64,000 bases of DNA from a virus (taxonomy: Duplodnaviria; Caudoviricetes): the IMG/VR virus record IMGVR_UViG_3300034161_000018, positions 64,001 to 128,000 of that record; one strand, 5' to 3'. Below, one piece after another: positions 9,713-18,871 of this stretch; position 1 is the stretch's first letter, and every line of letters starts with the position of its first letter. The position numbers and the translations under genes were made by a program. The notes beneath the pieces were generated by a model. It searched no databases and was not told the DNA's origin. It saw nothing but the letters and a program-made list of their open reading frames with translations.

Positions 9713-9718
9713 CTGCCG

Positions 9719-10228
9719 TTAGGCGCGCTCGTAGTAGTCGTAAGCGAATTCCACGTCTACTTGAATCGCTGTACCGCCAGCACCGTCAAACGAATAGTCC
9801 GGAACTTGCGTCGGCCAAACGTTGATGATGTTGTAAGTCAGCGAAGTTGCGCCAGTCTGATCGAAGATGTTGAGAGTTGCAGTCGTGGCGTAATCCTTTT
9901 TGAAGGAACCCGACTGAGTGTCGGTGCCGCGAATGAGTTCTGCCCAAGCTTCCAGCGCTTGCGTAATCCGGCCTTCATACGATTCGACAAAGCCGACCGA
10001 CATGGAGCCAGAGAAAACTTTACGCGCAGCGTGTTTTACTTTGTGGCCGAACAGTTCGATTTCAACTTCCGTGATCGACATGCCCGGCTTTACACCGGAA
10101 CGGCATTGCAGTCGAAGTTGACGGCCATCGGCCCCGTTGCCGGGAACTTTGGTGAACGTAAGTTCAAAGTTGTCGTTCAGCATCGGGTCATTGATACCCA
10201 ATACTTCTGTCAGAGTTACCTTAGACAT
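9719..10228 (-). CDS. major tail tube protein (gp19-like)
   Basis: 169 aa directly downstream of sheath; PG.S...VEI..FGHKVKHA, GFVES, W, NVWPTQV, VEFAYD. Confidence 0.88.
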   Translation of the reverse strand: MSKVTLTEVLGINDPMLNDNFELTFTKVPGNGADGRQLRLQCRSGVKPGMSITEVEIELFGHKVKHAARKVFSGSMSVGFVESYEGRITQALEAWAELIRGTDTQSGSFKKDYATTATLNIFDQTGATSLTYNIINVWPTQVPDYSFDGAGGTAIQVDVEFAYDYYERA

Positions 10229-10241
10229 ATTTGCCTACCTT

Positions 10242-11840
10242 TTAAGCAGTGGCCGTCACGTATTCAACGGCGGTGGAAATTTGCCCGGTCTTCGCAACGG
10301 AAGTGGTAAACAGAATCCGCTTCCCGTACCGCGTCGGTTGGATGTAGTAAATCAATACCACGTCGCCGTTTGCGATTTGTTCTTTCGGGTTGGTTTCTTC
10401 GTCGCACTTCACTTTGTAGTTGTACAAACCGCGACCGGATTTGATCGGGCCGAGAATGTCTTCCACAATTTGCGCAAGCGTTTGCCACAGGAACGGATCG
10501 TTCGGCTCGAAAACCCCGACCATCGTTTCGTACTTGGCGCGTTTTTCAATCAGGTTAATCAGACGACGAACCGGAATGTCGGACAGTGCGGAACTGGCAG
10601 CTTGCAGAGTTTGCGCGCCCCAAACACAGAAACCGTATCCCGAAAGAACGTGAATGAAGTTAACTTGGTTTTGATCCATCATGTTCCGGTCGCCAAGTTT
10701 GTAACGTTGGGCAACATCGGAAACTTCGGAATCGAGAGCACCGCGATTCACACCGGCTGGCGCAAACCATTCGGCAGCGTTGGCGTCGTTGTATGCAAAC
10801 ACGGCAGCGACCACGCCAGAAGGCGGGCAATTAACGGACTGGCCGTCATCGGTCATTACCACAACGTCCGGCGTATACAGACCACCGAAAGAAGTATTTG
10901 CATTCAGCACGTTGCGACGGAAAGTCGAAGCGGCTTGCGAAGTTTGTTGATCGGACGGAACGTCGAGGATCGCGAAACAATCGCGGCGAGCAATTGCAAT
11001 TTCCAGCATGCGCTGTTGCACGCTCACGTCGGTGTAACCACAGTTAATCAAAATGGTTACTTCGACTTCTTCCGGTTCTTCAAACGCATCCCAACCTTCG
11101 ACAATATCGCCGACAGTCACAGGATCGCCGTCGTGGCCTTGAGCCAAGTCGCCGGAAATCACAGCGTTGATCGAACGGAAAGCACCTTCGGTTTCTTTCC
11201 ACTTCGGCGCGTCTTCATTCACCATTGCACGCAAGCGAGAATCCGCCGCTTCCAATTGGGTGATGATGTTTTTCTGTTTGCCGTAGCCGTCAGTTTTATC
11301 GCGCAGAGTGGCACGGTAAGTTTCTACCGGAACGCTCAGGTTGTCTTCGTAGATTTCCAGAATGAACAATTCATTTTCAATGTCGTTCACGTCTGGATAC
11401 ATCACGACACGAATGTTGTTGTTCCACGCGCCGGGGTCAGCCGCATAAAGGAACAAAACTTCTTCCGGCACTTGCGTGCGTTGCGTCGGGTCTTCGTAAC
11501 CTTGATCGGCTACTTTGATTTGAGCGTAACCGTCAATGAAACGAACGCTGATCGAACCGAACAAAGCGTTTACCGCTACCCGGTTGAACCACAGTTGATT
11601 CGAGTATTTCAGGAATTGCTCGGCGCAGAAGTGGGCAAAAGTCAAAGACGCATCGCGACGACCGAATTTCTTACGAAAATCGTTTACGTCAACGGCCAGC
11701 GTAGGAACGCCGACTTTACCGCGCTTCGATGGGCCAACAATCGCGCCAATGCTCGGGGCGGTTTTGCGAGCAGTTTGCGAATTATCTTGCTCGCCTCCGT
11801 AAACCCCAGCACTTGTGCTGCTACCGTTATACAAGGGCAT
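10242..11840 (-). CDS. tail sheath protein 1 (gp18-like)
   Basis: 532 aa; AGVYGGEQD, PGAWNNNI, CFAILDVP, WFAPAGVNRG, WGAQTL...IPVRRL, VFEPND. Confidence 0.93.
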   Translation of the reverse strand: MPLYNGSSTSAGVYGGEQDNSQTARKTAPSIGAIVGPSKRGKVGVPTLAVDVNDFRKKFGRRDASLTFAHFCAEQFLKYSNQLWFNRVAVNALFGSISVRFIDGYAQIKVADQGYEDPTQRTQVPEEVLFLYAADPGAWNNNIRVVMYPDVNDIENELFILEIYEDNLSVPVETYRATLRDKTDGYGKQKNIITQLEAADSRLRAMVNEDAPKWKETEGAFRSINAVISGDLAQGHDGDPVTVGDIVEGWDAFEEPEEVEVTILINCGYTDVSVQQRMLEIAIARRDCFAILDVPSDQQTSQAASTFRRNVLNANTSFGGLYTPDVVVMTDDGQSVNCPPSGVVAAVFAYNDANAAEWFAPAGVNRGALDSEVSDVAQRYKLGDRNMMDQNQVNFIHVLSGYGFCVWGAQTLQAASSALSDIPVRRLINLIEKRAKYETMVGVFEPNDPFLWQTLAQIVEDILGPIKSGRGLYNYKVKCDEETNPKEQIANGDVVLIYYIQPTRYGKRILFTTSVAKTGQISTAVEYVTATA

Positions 11841-11885
11841 GTTGTGTCTCCAGTTAAAATCCCGAAAAACGATTGGGATTACCTT

Positions 11886-11892
11886 TAAATTA
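11886..11892 (-). promoter_or_regulatory. candidate late-promoter core TAATTTA
   Basis: Intergenic, about 45 nt before sheath 1; the same heptamer precedes sheath 2 and the 281-aa gene. Confidence 0.35.
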
Positions 11893-11896
11893 TCCG

Positions 11897-13315
11897 TTAC
11901 GCCTTAATGAGCGTGCATCGCACCTCATTTTCGTCGAGTGCAAAAAGCTTCAACGTTCCAGCAAACGAACCATTCAGCAGAAACAGTCCGTTCACCGTCA
12001 ACGTCAACGGTTTGGAAATACTGTTATCGACTGGATCGGGCGTTTCTTCTACAACAGGATCAACGTGTTCGACGTGGCTAGCGATAACAGAATGCGCAGT
12101 CAAAACTACGGTTCCGCTAGTGCTGTAATCCGAATACGTTATTTCCAAAGTGTCACCGGGCAAACCGATTTCCGGCCCGACCGAAAGACTACCTCGAAAG
12201 ACGCTCATTCCCGGCCAGACTTCGTAAATCTCAACTGGCGTGGAAACATTGGTGCGTTGGTTCGTGACGAAAACTTCCACTTCCGTAGTAAACAAATCAA
12301 AATCGCTGACTTGAATTTCCAGATCGGAATAGATTTTCACGGTTGCTGCAACGTCGATCAAACCCGGAACAGTGTCAGGGTCTTTCACGGTTGCGATTTT
12401 GGAAACCAGACGCGACAGGCCAGTGCTGTCATTACCGTTTGCATAGGTAATTGTCAAAACGTCATTTGTGGTGACGCCCAGTTCATCGCCGGTATCCATA
12501 GTGCCCAGCGTAATCGAGCCAAACAAAACCGCAGGATCGGAAACAGCTTGTTCCAGAAATCCGTCAATCGCAGTGCCGGTGGATTCGTTCACGACTGTAA
12601 AAGTTTGAAACGGCGCGGTACTTCCGTTGTAAACGGCAATGCGCAATTTCTCACCGCTGATTACATAACGCTGAATCATCAGGTCGGTCGCTTTAACCGG
12701 ACTGACAACCGCAACGTCTTGCACAACATCTTGCGAAAGGCCGTGCTCGTTATGCGGATCGGTGAATGTGAAACGCAGAATGTCCGCGTCTTTGCAGTAC
12801 ATGGTGCCGTCGAAGTTTACGCCAGCATCTGCACTATTCAGGGATTGGATAAAACCGCGATACTCGTTTTTGCGAACGCAATGCAGCGTCACATATTCGG
12901 TTTCGCCGGAGTTGGTGTTGAAACATTCAACTGTGATTTTCTCGCCAAACAAATCGGCGTCGGTCACTGCAACGTTGATAAACTGCCCGGCGAGAACCGG
13001 TTCAATTGTCAGTGTCGCATTGGAGAATTGCTTTTGTTCTACACGATCTTCCAGCGGCGGGAGTTCACCAAACGCCGTCAGTTCCACACCGATTGGAAAT
13101 GGCGTGGAAATGGAAAGATATTGCCGCACGTCTTTCAACGTGTACGGATTATTCGGGCCAACGACAACATCGAGTTGTAGCAAAGTGGCACTCAGAATTT
13201 CCGTTGCAACATCTTGATGCCCTGCGCTCATACGGCGCACTTGATCGGTGACGGTTTGGCGAACTTGCGTGGTGATCGTTTTCGCGGTCGGTTTATACAG
13301 TTCGCGTTTACGCAT
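11897..13315 (-). CDS. putative virion structural protein with three repeated beta-sandwich-like units
   Basis: 472 aa in the structural operon; repeats such as AVTDADLF/QVSDFDLF and DILRFTFTD/DVLTITYAN/DTLEITYSD. Confidence 0.5.
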   Translation of the reverse strand: MRKRELYKPTAKTITTQVRQTVTDQVRRMSAGHQDVATEILSATLLQLDVVVGPNNPYTLKDVRQYLSISTPFPIGVELTAFGELPPLEDRVEQKQFSNATLTIEPVLAGQFINVAVTDADLFGEKITVECFNTNSGETEYVTLHCVRKNEYRGFIQSLNSADAGVNFDGTMYCKDADILRFTFTDPHNEHGLSQDVVQDVAVVSPVKATDLMIQRYVISGEKLRIAVYNGSTAPFQTFTVVNESTGTAIDGFLEQAVSDPAVLFGSITLGTMDTGDELGVTTNDVLTITYANGNDSTGLSRLVSKIATVKDPDTVPGLIDVAATVKIYSDLEIQVSDFDLFTTEVEVFVTNQRTNVSTPVEIYEVWPGMSVFRGSLSVGPEIGLPGDTLEITYSDYSTSGTVVLTAHSVIASHVEHVDPVVEETPDPVDNSISKPLTLTVNGLFLLNGSFAGTLKLFALDENEVRCTLIKA

Positions 13316-14060
13316 TGTCTTCTAATCCTTCATCGTCAAAAACGACATTGCCCCCGTACTGGATTTTGCCACCGATAGTTGTAAGCATCGGGTCGCCGGT
13401 GGGCACGATACCAACTTGTGTTTGCACCGCTCCAGAGTTGTTGATTTTCGGAACTGCTTTCATGATGCCAGACCACAGCCGAACCGAAATGCTGCAAGTC
13501 ATATCAAACGAATCAGGATCAATCTCGTTGTCCTTGTCCGTTCGCGGGAAACTGATTGAGTTGGATTCGCCCTTCACGGTTACTTTCCAGCCGAAGTTTT
13601 CGTCTTCGACTTCAAAGTTTAGCGTGCCGGTGTTCAGCAACGTCAGACTTTTCAAACCGAATTGAACGGCTTGGAAAATGTCATTGGTGACGAAGTGAAG
13701 TTCCAGAGTCACAATCATCGGGAAGCCATAAAACTTCGCAACGGTCGAATTCGTTCCGTTGTCGCGATGGCCTTGCCCGTGACGCCGCATTGTTTTCGGC
13801 GCTTGTTCATCGACGATCATTTCAAAATTGTTCATCGACATATATGCGTATGGGTAGTGATTCCCACTGTTGTCATCCGGGCCGATGTTCTGGCGCAGGA
13901 CTGCTTTCACGTTGTTGCTTTGGATAATCGGCAACGGAATATCTTTGAAACCGAAAAACCTTTTGATTGCTGCATGTGCCCCGAGCAGCCCGGTAAAGAA
14001 CGGCGTGTTCTTATCAATGTTCTTGCTGAGCAAATCGAATTTTGAAAAGTCCATTGGCAA
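13308..14060 (-). CDS. putative tail completion/terminator (gp15-like) protein
   Basis: 250 aa between the head and sheath genes; YPYAYMSM...PMIVTLELHF pattern suggests a tail terminator; largely positional inference. Confidence 0.4.
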   Translation of the reverse strand: MPMDFSKFDLLSKNIDKNTPFFTGLLGAHAAIKRFFGFKDIPLPIIQSNNVKAVLRQNIGPDDNSGNHYPYAYMSMNNFEMIVDEQAPKTMRRHGQGHRDNGTNSTVAKFYGFPMIVTLELHFVTNDIFQAVQFGLKSLTLLNTGTLNFEVEDENFGWKVTVKGESNSISFPRTDKDNEIDPDSFDMTCSISVRLWSGIMKAVPKINNSGAVQTQVGIVPTGDPMLTTIGGKIQYGGNVVFDDEGLEDNA

Positions 14061-14072
14061 CGTCCAGAAATG

Positions 14073-14110
14073 AAAAAAGGCCGTAACAGGAAATCCCGAA
14101 ACGGCCTTTT
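14073..14110 (-). terminator. rho-independent terminator
   Basis: AAAAGGCCGT/ACGGCCTTTT perfect 10-bp arms, with A/T tracts on both sides. Confidence 0.7.
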
Positions 14111-14111
14111 C

Positions 14112-14546
14112 TTACAGTTGGATTGTGATGCGGCCAAATTTGGCCGGTGCTTCCGGCTCGCTATTGCTAGCGACGGAAACCAATTCATCATCATCGTGGG
14201 CGTCCGATCCGTCGGCATAGGCCAATGCCTCGGCAGACGGATTGAACTCTAGGAAATCGCCGTCATCCAATCGCGAATTATGCGTGTGAATGCTCGCCGC
14301 AATGGCTACAGCTTTTTCCAGCGAAATGTTTGGCCCCGCACCGTGAAGCGATGGTGCAATGGTATTTTCGCCAACAGGTGCGCCACCGACTTTAACGCTG
14401 CCCATTGGGCGGCGAACAAGTTCGGAGACGTAACTTTCAAACCCTTCCAGCGTGGTCGCTTGCGCGATTACACTATTTGCCAGATCGGTTTGCCCATTCC
14501 GGTGATGAAATGCAGCAATTGCCAACATTGTTTGAATGTCGCTCAT
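14112..14546 (-). CDS. hypothetical head-associated protein (144 aa)
   Basis: AAAAGGAG RBS; directly downstream of the major capsid gene. Confidence 0.65.
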   Translation of the reverse strand: MSDIQTMLAIAAFHHRNGQTDLANSVIAQATTLEGFESYVSELVRRPMGSVKVGGAPVGENTIAPSLHGAGPNISLEKAVAIAASIHTHNSRLDDGDFLEFNPSAEALAYADGSDAHDDDELVSVASNSEPEAPAKFGRITIQL

Positions 14547-14565
14547 ATCAATCTCCTTTTAAAAC

Positions 14566-14593
14566 TGCAAAGCGGGGGCGCTCCCACTTTGCA
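14566..14593 (-). terminator. hairpin/terminator after major capsid gene
   Basis: TGCAAAG...CTTTGCA stem followed by GTTTT on the minus strand. Confidence 0.55.
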
Positions 14594-14612
14594 ATTTCTT
14601 ATTCAGAGCTGA

Positions 14613-15704
14613 TTAAGCAACACGCTTGCCTTTAGCAACCGAACGGCTGTTAGCCAGAACGAACGAGAACGGCTCGCTCATCAACCAACCGCGCGAAGTC
14701 GAACCTTCAAAGCTGTTCGATGCTGGCTCGCTGCGAACACCGCCGCGAGTCGAGTAGGCCGCGTGGTTTTCGGCGGAAGCAACAACGTAGATTTCGCCCG
14801 GAGCCAAAACTTTCTGGTTCGGTTGACGGAATGCGTCGGTAATCAGAGTCATGCCGACCAGAGTACCGAGTTGGCCGTTCAGTGCCAGATCGTATTTGGT
14901 GATCGGATCGAGGAACGTTGCGAAATCGTTGGAACCGATAATGTCAGTCCAGAAATCGTTCGCGATCAGACAGTGAGCAACTGGCAAGTTCCAGCCAGCA
15001 ACAGCTTGGCGCAGACGACCGAGGTTTTTGGTGGTCAGTTCACCGGCGATGTATTCCATCGGGTTCATGACGCCAACGGTCAGGTCAGCAGCGGTTTTCC
15101 ACAGGCGGTCTTCTGCAACCATGATGGATTGCAAACCGTCGTTGTAGGCGTGTTCCAGCAGGTCGCCGTTTACTTGTTCCAGATCGAGAGTGTTTACGCG
15201 AACGTTCGCGATGATCTCGAATTCTTCCGGAGTGAAAACGCGTTGGCGAATTTGTTGGTAGCCAACACCGGTCGAAGAAGTTGCAACAACGGCGCTGGTG
15301 TCGTGAGCAGGCATCGGAACGCGTTGCACTTCACCTTGACGCAGAGTGTTACCAACAGCCAGTTTCCGCACGAAACCTTCGCGATCAGTTTGATCGTAGA
15401 TTTGTTGTGCGATGGAAGCGCCCAGCGCGTTCCATTTTTCTGGCGACTGGCGAGCTTCGGCCAGCATTTCACGGCGATCAGCCGCAGTTGCGATTTGTTG
15501 TTCAGGTTGTGCGTGAACGATTTGGCCGCTGGCAACCGCTTGCATCAGACCCGTCAGGTTGTGCATCAGGTCTTGTTTGCTGTAGGCGTTGATTTCGCCG
15601 GTCGAAGAACTCAGAGCCAGTTCACGGCTTTTGCCGAAACGCAGTTCTTCGATTGGGTTGCCGTTTGCCAGAATCATCTTGGCACCACGAAGTTGACCGT
15701 GCAT
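14613..15704 (-). CDS. major capsid protein (HK97 fold)
   Basis: 363 aa from the ATG at 15704 (GGAG RBS), upstream TTG start less likely. Supported by size, position after scaffold and decoration genes, MVAEDRLW, and LGTLVGMTLITD. Confidence 0.8.
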   Translation of the reverse strand: MHGQLRGAKMILANGNPIEELRFGKSRELALSSSTGEINAYSKQDLMHNLTGLMQAVASGQIVHAQPEQQIATAADRREMLAEARQSPEKWNALGASIAQQIYDQTDREGFVRKLAVGNTLRQGEVQRVPMPAHDTSAVVATSSTGVGYQQIRQRVFTPEEFEIIANVRVNTLDLEQVNGDLLEHAYNDGLQSIMVAEDRLWKTAADLTVGVMNPMEYIAGELTTKNLGRLRQAVAGWNLPVAHCLIANDFWTDIIGSNDFATFLDPITKYDLALNGQLGTLVGMTLITDAFRQPNQKVLAPGEIYVVASAENHAAYSTRGGVRSEPASNSFEGSTSRGWLMSEPFSFVLANSRSVAKGKRVA

Positions 15705-15734
15705 ATTTATTTCTCCAGAAAATGCCAAAAAGAT

Positions 15735-16430
15735 TTAGGCAGAAACGCGAACTTGCAGAGCACCGAAAGAACCGGCGTCAGTGGATGGGGTTGCCAGAAC
15801 AGTTACGTTCGACAGTTTCGGGCCAGAACCGCCAACAGTCAGGCGACCATCAACACCGAGGTTTGGATTGATAACGCCAGTCCAGTCAGCGGAGGCGTCA
15901 TACATGGTAGTGCCGACTTGGCCGTGCAGCGCCACGCCGATAATGCCTTGGTAGCTGGAAGCCAAACCGCCAATCGGCATGTCGCCGAGAATGGTGCGGG
16001 CTTCGGCCAGCGACGGCTCGTAAATGAATTGCACGTACAGAGCTTTTTTGGTCGCGCTGGCGAAGAACACCAGATCATTACCGGCCAGTTGAACTTCGGT
16101 TGCGTCGGCAGGAACGCCAGCAACAACTTCCAGTTTCACGCCGCCGACTTTTACCAGAATCTGGCCGGTCAGTGGAGTGCGTGGCAGTTCGACAACCAGA
16201 CTTTCCGGAACGCTGGAATTGAAAGCGTGCGGAATGTACGAAGGTGGGCTGTTGCGCGACATGCTGAAACCAGCAAACTGTTCGCCAGCGGCGCCGGTCG
16301 AAGGACGAACAACGGTGGTGCCGTTTTCAGAAACGAAAACCAGCGCGGTGCCTTCTTCTTCGATGATTACGCCAGATTGAACTGGCAGGTGTTCGGTGCG
16401 GAACAGGCGAGTAAGTTTTTGAACGTTCAT
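15735..16430 (-). CDS. capsid decoration/cement-like structural protein
   Basis: 231 aa, beta-rich, between the scaffold and major capsid genes (typical slot). Confidence 0.5.
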   Translation of the reverse strand: MNVQKLTRLFRTEHLPVQSGVIIEEEGTALVFVSENGTTVVRPSTGAAGEQFAGFSMSRNSPPSYIPHAFNSSVPESLVVELPRTPLTGQILVKVGGVKLEVVAGVPADATEVQLAGNDLVFFASATKKALYVQFIYEPSLAEARTILGDMPIGGLASSYQGIIGVALHGQVGTTMYDASADWTGVINPNLGVDGRLTVGGSGPKLSNVTVLATPSTDAGSFGALQVRVSA

Positions 16431-16445
16431 TTTTCTCTCCGAGAA

Positions 16446-18329
16446 TTAACGAGCTTTACGACCGAAAGACAAACCTTGCAGGCGCTTGGCGAAGTCATCG
16501 GTGGATGCGGATGCGATGGAAGTTTCGCGGTGTTGTACAGGCTGTTGCACTTGACGATCAACAACCGGGCGACCAACCGGGAACGTGCTGGCGACGGAAA
16601 CTTCGCCTTGCGTTTGTGGATTCTGATGGTCAGCAACGGCTTGCGCCATTTGGTTCTGAACCGTCAGATCGTATTGCATGATTTGGCTTGCTTTCGCAAC
16701 CAGCGCTTTGTGGTAGCCGTCGCCGTGACGGGCAAAACATTGCGCAACCAAATCGGCGCCACCGGAAATACCAGCATCTTCAAGGGCAGTCGCCAGCGCA
16801 ACGCTGATCGGGTTTTGTGCTTCGCCTTTGTAGAAACCGGAATTGATACCTTGGCTCGCAGTAGCGATTGCAGCGAGGAAGCGCGAATTGAATTCGGCAG
16901 CGTCGTTTGCAGAAGCTTGAGCGATTTGTGCAACACGCGATTCGACTTGCGAAGTAACTTCCGCTTGTACGAATTGTTCAACCTTGATTTCCGGTTTGAT
17001 TTCCGTGAAACCAAGTTCGGTCATTGCAACAGCAACACCTTGTTCGGCAGCGATTGCCTTGAAGGTACGACCGAAAACGTCGGAAGCGAAGTTTTCAACT
17101 TTCGACGCCGAGGCAACAGCTTGCGCGAACGGAACGCCGTTGTGGAAAGCGTACCAGCGACCGTCACCGGCAATGTTGCCAGCGTAAGCCACGTCAACAT
17201 TTTCGATTTGCATTTCGTTGGCGGAAAGCGCGACGAAAGATGCAGCAACCGAAACCAGCGGTTCGGCAGCAACTACAGGAGCAGCGGCACTTTGCGGCTG
17301 ATCTTGAGTTTGCGATTGCGGTTCAGCAGAAGCTTGCGCTTTTACTTTTTTGCGCACGCCGCCAGCAGGCTTGGCCGAAGAAACGGAAAGAGTAATGGCT
17401 TCGTCGTCATCTTCGTCGAAATCATCATCTTCTTCATCGTCGTCGTCTTCATCGACTTCGGCGTCTTCGTCTTCTTCATCTTCGTCTTCGTCGTCGTTCA
17501 GATCGTCGAAGTCTTCGTCTTCTTCGTCTTCTTCGTCGTCATCGGACGCGGTTGCAATGTCAGCAGGGTCAATCAGACCGGCGCTGCAACCGGGGCAGAA
17601 CAGTGGCGATTCGTTGGAAGCGACGACATGAGTGCCGCAACTTTTGGAAACGCACATGAAATGATGCGCAGGAACATTTTCGCCAGCTTCTTCGGCAGCC
17701 GATGCAATCGCGGCCATGCTGGTTGGAACGTGTTCGGTAGCGACGGATTCAACACCTTGAAAGATGTGAAATGGCATTGCGCTGGCGCAAGCAACAACCA
17801 CGTCGTCGCATTGGTATGCGTGCGGTTGAATTTCGCCTTTTACCAGAGCGACGTATTGTTTGCTGGCTTCTTCAAAAGAACTCGCAAACGCAATCAGCGC
17901 TTCTTCTGGTTGACCAGCCGTTCCAGCAGTTTGATTTGGTTTCACGTTCGGATTTTCCAAGTCTGGCAGGTCAGAGGCACACGCCGGACATTTGTGCAAA
18001 AGCGCAGCATCGTCGGCAATGATATGCGAGTTACAACCAGCAGTGCATTGAACGTAGTGGGCTTCGACTTCGGTTCCGGAAGCGGACGCAAGACTTTCAA
18101 TTACACCATCGGCGGCTGTAACTGGAACAAGTTCTTCGCCATTCAGTGGATCGAGAATCTGAATACCGGTTGTGTCTGCGCTTGCGGTTGCGATTTGCAT
18201 CTCACCGTTTGCGCTGGCATATACCGAAACATCAGTGCCCGAAGCGACTGCCGCGAAAAAGCCTTTTGCCTGCTCCAGAGAGTCGCCCACCACAACGATT
18301 CCGCGCAGTTGCGCTTTATCTTTGGACAT
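16446..18329 (-). CDS. prohead scaffold/core protein with two Cys4 Zn-ribbon units and an acidic tract
   Basis: Start moved to the ATG at 18329 (AGGAG RBS). CTAGC...CPAC and CVSKSC...CPGC; D/E tract at about 17400-17545; helical C-terminus; upstream of the capsid genes. Confidence 0.6.
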   Translation of the reverse strand: MSKDKAQLRGIVVVGDSLEQAKGFFAAVASGTDVSVYASANGEMQIATASADTTGIQILDPLNGEELVPVTAADGVIESLASASGTEVEAHYVQCTAGCNSHIIADDAALLHKCPACASDLPDLENPNVKPNQTAGTAGQPEEALIAFASSFEEASKQYVALVKGEIQPHAYQCDDVVVACASAMPFHIFQGVESVATEHVPTSMAAIASAAEEAGENVPAHHFMCVSKSCGTHVVASNESPLFCPGCSAGLIDPADIATASDDDEEDEEDEDFDDLNDDEDEDEEDEDAEVDEDDDDEEDDDFDEDDDEAITLSVSSAKPAGGVRKKVKAQASAEPQSQTQDQPQSAAAPVVAAEPLVSVAASFVALSANEMQIENVDVAYAGNIAGDGRWYAFHNGVPFAQAVASASKVENFASDVFGRTFKAIAAEQGVAVAMTELGFTEIKPEIKVEQFVQAEVTSQVESRVAQIAQASANDAAEFNSRFLAAIATASQGINSGFYKGEAQNPISVALATALEDAGISGGADLVAQCFARHGDGYHKALVAKASQIMQYDLTVQNQMAQAVADHQNPQTQGEVSVASTFPVGRPVVDRQVQQPVQHRETSIASASTDDFAKRLQGLSFGRKAR

Positions 18330-18383
18330 AGTGGCTCCTAAACTGGATTGGTTTAGATTGTAGGAAATCGCTTTCCTGTTTAA

Positions 18384-18393
18384 AAAATTAGTG
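18384..18393 (-). promoter_or_regulatory. candidate late-promoter variant CACTAATTTT
   Basis: About 55 nt upstream of the scaffold start; ACTAATTTTT is repeated at about 18798-18807. Confidence 0.3.
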
Positions 18394-18396
18394 ACT

Positions 18397-18774
18397 TCAA
18401 TTTTCAAGCATGATTCTAATCAAGCCACTGACTTTCCGTACAAGGGCTTGCTTGCTATCGTGCGAGCCAGTTCCCTCGAATTTTCGTTCCGAACCTTTTG
18501 AATTCAGCGTTGCGTTATACGCCCAGCCTTCTTCTCCCATAGCCAATTCCATTACTGCGTTGGCATTGTCTGTGGTTAGTTCGATACGGCAATTTTCGCT
18601 TTCGTTATCACCCACGGAATCATAGTCAACTTTCATGCTGACCAAACCCTGTCTGATTTGTGGGATTCGCTCCAAATAATGATCGAGGTGTTTTTCGTCA
18701 CTGTTTTGCGGAGCGTGAAAGTCATGAAGTGGTGCAGCGCCGGATAACGCTTTCAATGGAATGGTTACTTTCAT
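18397..18774 (-). CDS. hypothetical protein (125 aa)
   Basis: ATG at 18774 with GGAGG RBS. Confidence 0.7.
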   Translation of the reverse strand: MKVTIPLKALSGAAPLHDFHAPQNSDEKHLDHYLERIPQIRQGLVSMKVDYDSVGDNESENCRIELTTDNANAVMELAMGEEGWAYNATLNSKGSERKFEGTGSHDSKQALVRKVSGLIRIMLEN

Positions 18775-18798
18775 TGTATCCTCCAGTTCCATATTCTA

Positions 18799-18808
18799 AA
18801 AATTAGTA
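18799..18808 (-). promoter_or_regulatory. candidate late-promoter variant TACTAATTTT
   Basis: Intergenic, between a terminator and the 18774 start. Confidence 0.35.
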
Positions 18809-18829
18809 CGAACAAAAATTTCAGACAAC

Positions 18830-18871
18830 AAAAAACCCGCACAAAGCACTAGGCTAAGGCGGGTTCTTTTT
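18830..18871 (-). terminator. rho-independent terminator
   Basis: AACCCGC/GCGGGTT arms flanked by A6 and T5 tracts. Confidence 0.6.

Noticed and set aside
663-11840. Bacterial extracellular contractile injection system or T6SS locus
   Set aside because: The same window has capsid, scaffold, prohead protease, polymerase and RNR genes, so this is a phage tail.
16436-16448. TAATT-like elements here and at 33452-33460 as late promoters
   Set aside because: The TAA is simply the stop codon of the preceding gene.
17400-17545. Trinucleotide-like TCG/TCT/TCA repeats (also 27200-27450) as a CRISPR or VNTR array
   Set aside because: They are explained by Asp/Glu codon runs in coding sequence; there are no fixed-length repeats with unique spacers.
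14763-18341. 1192-aa plus-strand ORF (and similar ones: 10137-11888, 30814-32805, 32780-35149, 48273-49844, 53387-58177)
   Set aside because: These are antisense shadows of well-supported minus-strand genes. They have no motifs, show the F/R/V-rich composition typical of reverse-complement frames, and lack an RBS.
18330-18407. Track start of the 653-aa scaffold (MKIEV...)
   Set aside because: It overlaps the previous gene's end and a candidate promoter; the AGGAG RBS supports 18329.
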